Origin: a virus
DNA length: 64,000 nucleotides
Strand: one strand, 5' to 3'
Virus record (IMG/VR): IMGVR_UViG_3300025151_000029
Location: 6,118 to 70,117 of that record
The position numbers were made by a program, and so were the translations under genes. Numbering within the stretch: the stretch's first letter is position 1; each line of letters starts with the position of its first letter. The notes under the pieces were generated by a model. That model ran no database searches. It was given only the letters and a program-made list of their open reading frames with translations, and was not told where the DNA came from. Of this stretch, positions 58,427 through 64,000 are shown piece by piece.

Positions 58427-59404
58427 TTACTTTGTTGGTGGTGGTGGTGGTAAGCTCGGAGACGATGCAGAAGTCTGCTTTGCCTCCGAGAAGTCGAAAA
58501 GCGATTGCTTGCTTTGAGTTGTGAGTATACCTCGAGCGATACCATCCTGGCAAGCCCATCGCAGGTGTAGGTTGTTATCATTACGCCCTGACACCGCTGA
58601 CTGAATCGCTTCCTGTACAGGCATTCCGCTAACGATTGCATCGGCCACAAGCTGAGCAACATCATCCTGCCATTCCAGACCGGCAAGTCTGCTGAGGTTG
58701 TAGTTGCTCTCCCCCGCACGCAGAATCTCTCGGATATTACCCGGAGTCTTAGCGGAGCAGACACCCGTACGATCTCCAGTCACCCACTCTGGGTTGGTAG
58801 GATCGCAGTAGTACACACTCGGAAACCATGGGTCTGGGTACGTCGGATCAATCATTGATCGAACACTGATGTCGCACCACGACGGCAACGTCTCAACTTG
58901 ATTACGGGAAGGCACATCGGGCCCGCCAGGGCAGAACCGACCGTCAGCGTTTGTACCAGGTAGCCTCTCGTGAAAGTTCATGAGAAGGTGAACGCCTAAG
59001 TAGCGTGACGTATGTGCGATCTCCAACAAGTATTGATTCAACTGTTGGTACGGGTAGAACTTATCTTTCTTGCCGCTACGTCCCGTCGGCGCTGCATCTT
59101 GCCACTCCAGCATAGAGCGCTGGCAAAGGTGACTTGTGTCATCGACAACGACGGCGTCATAGTCTCCCTTATCACGAAGCTCAGCAAAGCTTTTGAGCAT
59201 GCTTACAAGCTCAGGCAGGTTCTTGGGTGAGTCCGCATGAACGGATGGAGTAAACCCAAGTTCGTTCTGCGCGACTAAAGTGATCGCTGACGGTACACCC
59301 AGGAACAATGCCCGTGGGAAAGCTGCCAACGCATCACTGGTTTTCTTCTGCTTTGGCTTCCCATAGACGGTAACCATCACATTCGGTGGTGTTTCACTAC
59401 TCAT
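58427..59404 (-). CDS. Sak4-like/AAA_24 ATPase (single-strand annealing)
   Basis: VTVYGKPKQKKTS, VVVDDTS, LMNFHE, WCD. Confidence 0.7.
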   Translation of the reverse strand: MSSETPPNVMVTVYGKPKQKKTSDALAAFPRALFLGVPSAITLVAQNELGFTPSVHADSPKNLPELVSMLKSFAELRDKGDYDAVVVDDTSHLCQRSMLEWQDAAPTGRSGKKDKFYPYQQLNQYLLEIAHTSRYLGVHLLMNFHERLPGTNADGRFCPGGPDVPSRNQVETLPSWCDISVRSMIDPTYPDPWFPSVYYCDPTNPEWVTGDRTGVCSAKTPGNIREILRAGESNYNLSRLAGLEWQDDVAQLVADAIVSGMPVQEAIQSAVSGRNDNNLHLRWACQDGIARGILTTQSKQSLFDFSEAKQTSASSPSLPPPPPTK

Positions 59405-59412
59405 GATCTCTC

Positions 59413-60402
59413 CTAAATTGTTTTCGCTGCTTCTCCGTAAAAGCAGAATTTAATACCTGGACACGCTCCGTACCGTCCGATGCACGAAGTCTCGTGTTGT
59501 ACCTTGGGCCAATCCCAAAAGGTTGGTGAGTCTACCTCAAGTCGCGCTAATCGGTGCTCCTCCCTCCAGAGCATATGCGCAAAATGAGCATCTCTATGCG
59601 GGGTAGCAGGAACCATGGGACGTGCCACACGCCAAGGCTCCTGTGTTTGAATCAAGTTCAGTCCGAGTCCACCGAAGTTGGACCCATACATCTGCCTACC
59701 CATAATACGAAAGGCTGCGAAGCCGCCATCAATTGCGTAACCATCAACACTTTTGTTCGCCTGTACACGAGCCTGATGCTTGTGATCCCAGATGAAAGTG
59801 CGTCCACCTCGTTCCTTGGTCACCATGTCGAGTCGGCGTGTAAGTACCAAAGCTGCGCCGGAATCGGGATGCCCCGGACAGTTCAGCGGTGTAGGTTGAA
59901 TGATTCCTCCGTCCCACGCTTTGACTTTCACAGCACGACGGTTGAAATCGGCATCGTCAAGATGCACAACCCAAAGACCCCACTCATTATCCTTGTTCCC
60001 CAGCACAGCAGTCACGGGGTACTCAACTTTGATAACATTCCCTGGAGGTTCCGGATGTCGCGCCATGTACCGCCTAAACGTTTCAAGCATGCGCTCCAGG
60101 TGCTCATGCCCACCATTGGTGTCGCACCACATCTCTACGGCTGTTTCCGGATCCAAAAAGACACTGGGGTCATCGTGCCATGTCTCATCAACCCAGACAC
60201 CCTCATCAGAGGATGCCCCCCAGATGGCATGTTGATGCGCCTGGAGGATGTGTCCCATGCTGCCACGAGTCAAAGCATGGGCAGGAATCATGGTCAGGTT
60301 GAGTCGTTGCCCGTAGGCAAACAACTGGGGGCAACGAGAGAAGGTTCCGATACGTGACCACCCACGCGATGACCGACCAGCGTCGATAAGGATCTTTCTC
60401 AT
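59413..60402 (-). CDS. PD-(D/E)XK / Cas4-like exonuclease
   Basis: CPQLF, RGSMGH, VE, RLDMV..WDHK, C-terminal C..C..C. Confidence 0.75.
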   Translation of the reverse strand: MRKILIDAGRSSRGWSRIGTFSRCPQLFAYGQRLNLTMIPAHALTRGSMGHILQAHQHAIWGASSDEGVWVDETWHDDPSVFLDPETAVEMWCDTNGGHEHLERMLETFRRYMARHPEPPGNVIKVEYPVTAVLGNKDNEWGLWVVHLDDADFNRRAVKVKAWDGGIIQPTPLNCPGHPDSGAALVLTRRLDMVTKERGGRTFIWDHKHQARVQANKSVDGYAIDGGFAAFRIMGRQMYGSNFGGLGLNLIQTQEPWRVARPMVPATPHRDAHFAHMLWREEHRLARLEVDSPTFWDWPKVQHETSCIGRYGACPGIKFCFYGEAAKTI

Positions 60403-60572
60403 CTGGCCGCCTTTAGATTATTGGTGTGCCAACGATGCTCTGCCTTGCGCGCAAGCACCCACATTCGTTGCTTCTGGGCTTCCTTCATTACCCTTCGCGG
60501 CTCTACCCCCTCGGCTTCTAGCTTCGCCCAGGGGATTGTCTTGCGGTGAAAGCGCTCGTCACTCAGATCCAT
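60399..60572 (-). CDS. Small basic protein (57 aa), not in ORF track
   Basis: MDLSDERFHRKTIPW..AAR*; overlaps both neighbours. Confidence 0.5.
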   Translation of the reverse strand: MDLSDERFHRKTIPWAKLEAEGVEPRRVMKEAQKQRMWVLARKAEHRWHTNNLKAAR

Positions 60573-62497
60573 CATGCTACCTCCAGCTTGCTGATAATGC
60601 TGCTTACAAGTGCGTCTTCGTCTTCCATGCCGAGAAGCTTGTCGCCTAGACCATCAAGCTCATCCGCCTTCAAGAAAGTCTCGATGGGCCCAAACTTGTC
60701 GACCAAGATCTGAACCACACGCTCATCGTACGTGCCCTGCGCAACCACGACCTTGAGTAGTGTGGGACTGCCGCCCAGGCGGTCGAACCGACCCTTCCAC
60801 TGTAGGAAGTCACCAGGCTTCCACGGCAGCATGGCAAAGATGGCGAGGTTCGCAGTCTGCATACCATCGACGCCTGTTCCGACGCTCTGCCCGGTCGCTA
60901 CCAGGCAACATGCTTTATCACTCTGCCGGAACGCATCGACCATCTCGTCGCGCTCGGTTTCGGACACACCACCGTGTGCCATCCACACAGGCACGTCCTT
61001 CTGGGCCTCGTCGCCCTTGCTCAGTTGTTGACGCAACTGGTGAGCCCACAACTCCGTCTCTCTGCGCCGAGCGGTGAAGATCACCACCTTGCCTCCGCCC
61101 TTGAGACCTTCAATAGCCTCTTCGATGACGTACTTGCGCTTGCGACTGCACGCTTCCGCAAGTCGAGCCTCGACGACACGCTCACGACCTTCGGGCCTGT
61201 TTCCAGCCTCCTTGTTCATTTGACGTACGGCTTGGGTAAATGTCTGATCGTCACTAAACCTGTCGGCGCGATTCAACTCAGTGTTCGTTAAGTAGTCAAC
61301 CTGGACTCGCGTGCTGGGTAAGCTGGAGTGAGACTCACTATAAGGAACCTCATGAACCATGAAGCTACACCGAGCCTTGAGTTCCTCAATGTGAGACGAG
61401 CCTGAGTCATCCAATCCGCCATATGTGCCAGGTCTTGCAGCACAGTAGCGATGAGCAAAGTTCGAGTAGCTGTGAGAGAACCCACCAGGAGCGAGTAGAT
61501 CAAGCTGACTCCACAGTCGACGAGGTCGCCCATCATCAAGAGGAGTTGCTGTGAGGCCCATGCGGAGACGGACGCTCTTGATTCGCGATACTTCCATCAC
61601 AGCGACGGCTCGTGCGTGACGGTTCACCTGTGAGTTTGGGTTCCTACTGGCAGAGGTCTTTCGCTTTTCAAAGCGCACAGTACCATCAACATTGTGTACA
61701 GCCCGCCAACGCTTACTGTTACCGTGCGTATGAATCTCATCGAAGATCAAGATTGACGGTTGAATCTGTTGAATCAACTTTACGTTGTCGGCAATGGACT
61801 CTGCTCCGACGATGACAAACTTTCGCTGACCCTTTTCGCGGCACATGTGCGCGTAGTCCTCGAACGTCTGATCTTTTTTGCGGACTTCAGCCTGTGGCTT
61901 CACCCGGAACGGAACAACGTTGGAGTACTCTTGTACCTGACTCCACCAAACGTGGCGAGCTTTGGCTGGGCAGACGACAACAACGTCGCCGTCGCGACAT
62001 AAGGCAGCCATAATAGCCCCAAGCGTCTTTCCTGAGCCGCAGGACCACACATTCATGGCATATGGGCGGGTGTTAGCCCACGCTGCGCCCATAAGTTGGT
62101 AGGGCGTAGCAATATCCGAGACATGACCCTTGATTTGCCGCGACATGATGGCGTTGCGTAGCAAATCTCGCCCTTTAGCCTCGAGTTTTTGTCGATCGTC
62201 CGGTTTATTAGACCAAGGAGTGACGATCTCGTGCATCGTAGCCCTGCACCAGAAGTGAACGTTGGACGAACGCAAGATTGACTCGAACAACCACGCCGCA
62301 TGTAGCGGTGCTTTGACGAGCCACTCGTCTCGCTCGCCTAAATACTCTGGATTGGCGTTCTTAAGTCGCACTCGCCGCGTATCGAACGAGTTCACGTACA
62401 CCATGCATCCAGGTATCAAAGCTTCTACCTGGCTCATGATATCGATGTCTGACTTGAAGGTTCTAAATTCGTATTCGAGAGTTGGTTGGTCGTTCAT
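60572..62497 (-). CDS. SNF2-like superfamily 2 helicase
   Basis: CGSGKT, FDEIH, GLTATP, GVDG, QWKGRFDRLG. Confidence 0.88.
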   Translation of the reverse strand: MNDQPTLEYEFRTFKSDIDIMSQVEALIPGCMVYVNSFDTRRVRLKNANPEYLGERDEWLVKAPLHAAWLFESILRSSNVHFWCRATMHEIVTPWSNKPDDRQKLEAKGRDLLRNAIMSRQIKGHVSDIATPYQLMGAAWANTRPYAMNVWSCGSGKTLGAIMAALCRDGDVVVVCPAKARHVWWSQVQEYSNVVPFRVKPQAEVRKKDQTFEDYAHMCREKGQRKFVIVGAESIADNVKLIQQIQPSILIFDEIHTHGNSKRWRAVHNVDGTVRFEKRKTSASRNPNSQVNRHARAVAVMEVSRIKSVRLRMGLTATPLDDGRPRRLWSQLDLLAPGGFSHSYSNFAHRYCAARPGTYGGLDDSGSSHIEELKARCSFMVHEVPYSESHSSLPSTRVQVDYLTNTELNRADRFSDDQTFTQAVRQMNKEAGNRPEGRERVVEARLAEACSRKRKYVIEEAIEGLKGGGKVVIFTARRRETELWAHQLRQQLSKGDEAQKDVPVWMAHGGVSETERDEMVDAFRQSDKACCLVATGQSVGTGVDGMQTANLAIFAMLPWKPGDFLQWKGRFDRLGGSPTLLKVVVAQGTYDERVVQILVDKFGPIETFLKADELDGLGDKLLGMEDEDALVSSIISKLEVA

Positions 62498-62515
62498 CTG
62501 GACCTCTTTGGGTGC

Positions 62516-62544
62516 AGACTATAGGATCCTTACCACTACGTCAA
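62516..62544 (-). promoter_or_regulatory. Sigma70-like promoter TTGACG-17-TAGTCT
   Basis: Upstream of helicase RBS (AGAGG), divergent from the XRE gene. Confidence 0.5.
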
Positions 62545-62601
62545 TGACAAAGTTTGATTTATCTTCAGTATCGTGCTACCGTAACGGTTAAGGGAGCAAT
62601 C

Positions 62602-62910
62602 ATGGCGACTGTAGAATCTAATCAATTTTCCAAGACGATCGCAAAGTATCGTGACGCCCGTAATTGGAGTCAAGCAGACCTTGCTCGAGAGTCTGGTTTA
62701 ACTCAAGCTGAGATAAGTCGAGTAGAGTCGGGACAAAGATTGCCGACGATGCGCATTGTGAAAGGGTTATCTGAAGCATTTTCATCTTCAACAAAGAAAT
62801 CGTTCAACGAGCCGGTTCGGTACGAAGCGTGGATTGCCTTATTGGTAGATCTAGGTGAGCGTGTCAGAGTTGATGCACGCAGCGGTCCTGGTCGATGGAC
62901 TAAACGCTAA
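62602..62910 (+). CDS. XRE-family HTH regulator
   Basis: WSQADLARESGLTQAEISRVESGQRLPT; GGGAG RBS. Confidence 0.88.
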   Translation: MATVESNQFSKTIAKYRDARNWSQADLARESGLTQAEISRVESGQRLPTMRIVKGLSEAFSSSTKKSFNEPVRYEAWIALLVDLGERVRVDARSGPGRWTKR

Positions 62911-62924
62911 AAGCAAATTTGGTG

Positions 62925-63167
62925 ATGCGATTGAGAACTCATCTGGATAACGCTAATCTTGCTGTGATTAATGGTGCCCAACTAATAATGGCCCTCGAAG
63001 ATCTTGGGTACGATGATGTAACGGTCGATACCGTCGACGGTGGATTTGCATTACTCATAGGTGGTGTCAGAATCGCTATAGGTCTCGGCAACGATCCAAT
63101 GGAGGCATCCGAAGACCTCCTCGATCGCACAGCAGATCTGTTCTATTACAACGTTCCTGAAGCTTGA
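62925..63167 (+). CDS. Hypothetical protein
   Basis: ORF between XRE gene and tRNA. Confidence 0.5.
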   Translation: MRLRTHLDNANLAVINGAQLIMALEDLGYDDVTVDTVDGGFALLIGGVRIAIGLGNDPMEASEDLLDRTADLFYYNVPEA

Positions 63168-63240
63168 TGGGGTGTAGTTCAATTGGCAGAACGCCTGGTT
63201 GTTACCCAGGAAGTTGGTGGTTCAAGTCCATCCGCCCCAG
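63168..63240 (+). tRNA. trnN: tRNA-Asn (GTT)
   Basis: Acceptor TGGGGTG/CGCCCCA, D-arm GTTC/GAAC, anticodon arm CCTGG-TTGTTAC-CCAGG, T-arm GGTGG-TTCAAGT-CCATC, discriminator G; CCA not encoded. Confidence 0.92.
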
Positions 63241-63259
63241 CCTTTGACCTGGAGAGACT

Positions 63260-63754
63260 ATGGCTGATCATTCTTTAGATGACATCGTTCATTCCATTCA
63301 GTCTGCTGTTATAGCGGCAACCGACATCGCAGAACGTCATGAACTGGATTCAATCACGAATCAAGAGTTTTGGGAGTTGAAGGTTGATGAGAATGGAGAT
63401 CCGATCACCGATGACGACGGAAGACACGTATATGCACCTCGTATGGTCGTCATGGAGATCCCAACATGGGAAGATGGAGTACTGGTACACAAAACAGTTC
63501 CGGTCCCCCTCCAGTCGCTCACGACGGGCCAAAGCCTGCGTGTGGATACGCTTGAAGTGGAGATGTCTGTCGAGATCTCTGGGCTTACGGCGGACAAGAA
63601 GAAGGGCAAGTTGATGGTTCGACCATGCTCGAACACACCTTCTTGGTTTAAAAAAGAGAACAATGCTGCTAAGGTAAAGCTGATCTTCAAGGGCAGCGAG
63701 CCCCCAGAAGGTTATGCAAGAATCGACGATCAGCTAATCAAGCTGCTTCCTTAG
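63260..63754 (+). CDS. DUF2589-like protein
   Basis: LDDIVHSIQSAVIAA..VPLQSL..LRVDTLEVEM..PPEGYARI. Confidence 0.7.
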   Translation: MADHSLDDIVHSIQSAVIAATDIAERHELDSITNQEFWELKVDENGDPITDDDGRHVYAPRMVVMEIPTWEDGVLVHKTVPVPLQSLTTGQSLRVDTLEVEMSVEISGLTADKKKGKLMVRPCSNTPSWFKKENNAAKVKLIFKGSEPPEGYARIDDQLIKLLP

Positions 63755-63761
63755 GCCTGAT

Positions 63762-64000
63762 ATGGATGAAACACCTGAAGAGCTGATCCATGAGATGAAG
63801 ACTCAGGAACGGCGTAGGCTAGCTCAGCAGATAGGTGAGCGAAGGGAGCAGCGTGAGTCTGATGAGTTTCGATCTAAACTTGCGGATGTCATTAAGCCTA
63901 CGGCTTTAGCTGCTTCAGTGACTCCGTATGACGCGGGTTTGGGTGACTTAGCTTATGCCGCAGGTGAGTTGATTGATCCTGAAGGTGACCCTGAAATGGC
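63762..64000 (+). CDS. Partial hypothetical protein (runs off right edge)
   Basis: MDETPEELIHEMK..AASVTPYDAGLGDLAYAAGELIDPEGDPEM, open to the end. Confidence 0.55.
   Translation, partial: MDETPEELIHEMKTQERRRLAQQIGERREQRESDEFRSKLADVIKPTALAASVTPYDAGLGDLAYAAGELIDPEGDPEM

Noticed and set aside
63168-63240. Prophage attachment site at the tRNA
   Set aside because: No integrase or duplicated tRNA 3' end seen, and flanking genes remain phage-like; cannot be excluded beyond the window

Overview
The window is about 64 kb of an uncultured-type tailed dsDNA phage genome with podovirus-like virion genes. No host housekeeping genes, integrase or CRISPR array are visible. Layout: (1) 1-23.2 kb, minus strand: major capsid, cement protein, adaptor, nozzle, tail proteins and internal/ejection proteins. 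This block ends in a >2,515-aa polyvalent-type protein that the ORF track missed because it runs off the window edge. (2) 23.4-31.8 kb, plus strand: terminase large subunit, portal, small basic proteins and scaffold, apparently inverted relative to its neighbours. (3) 31.8-38.6 kb, mostly minus strand: second cement protein, an ADP-ribosyltransferase-tipped toxin-like protein, TerS and a candidate small RNA. (4) 38.6-49.2 kb: a probable terminus region, then a plus-strand early region of small genes (SSB, SLOG, DUF932-like) with iteron-like repeats and repeated RNA structures. (5) 49.3-62.5 kb, minus strand replication module: DUF927 helicase, Rad50-like ATPase, UDG-PolA fusion, Sak4-like ATPase, PD-(D/E)XK nuclease and SNF2-like helicase. 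(6) XRE regulator, tRNA-Asn(GTT) and a DUF2589-like gene. The most notable candidates are a family A polymerase with changed steric-gate and minor-groove residues next to a degenerate TIR/NDT-like protein, virion-type effector proteins (lysozyme/GNAT/dead zincin and ART), and early proteins carrying host-replisome docking motifs. All family assignments come from motif recognition by eye, not database searches.
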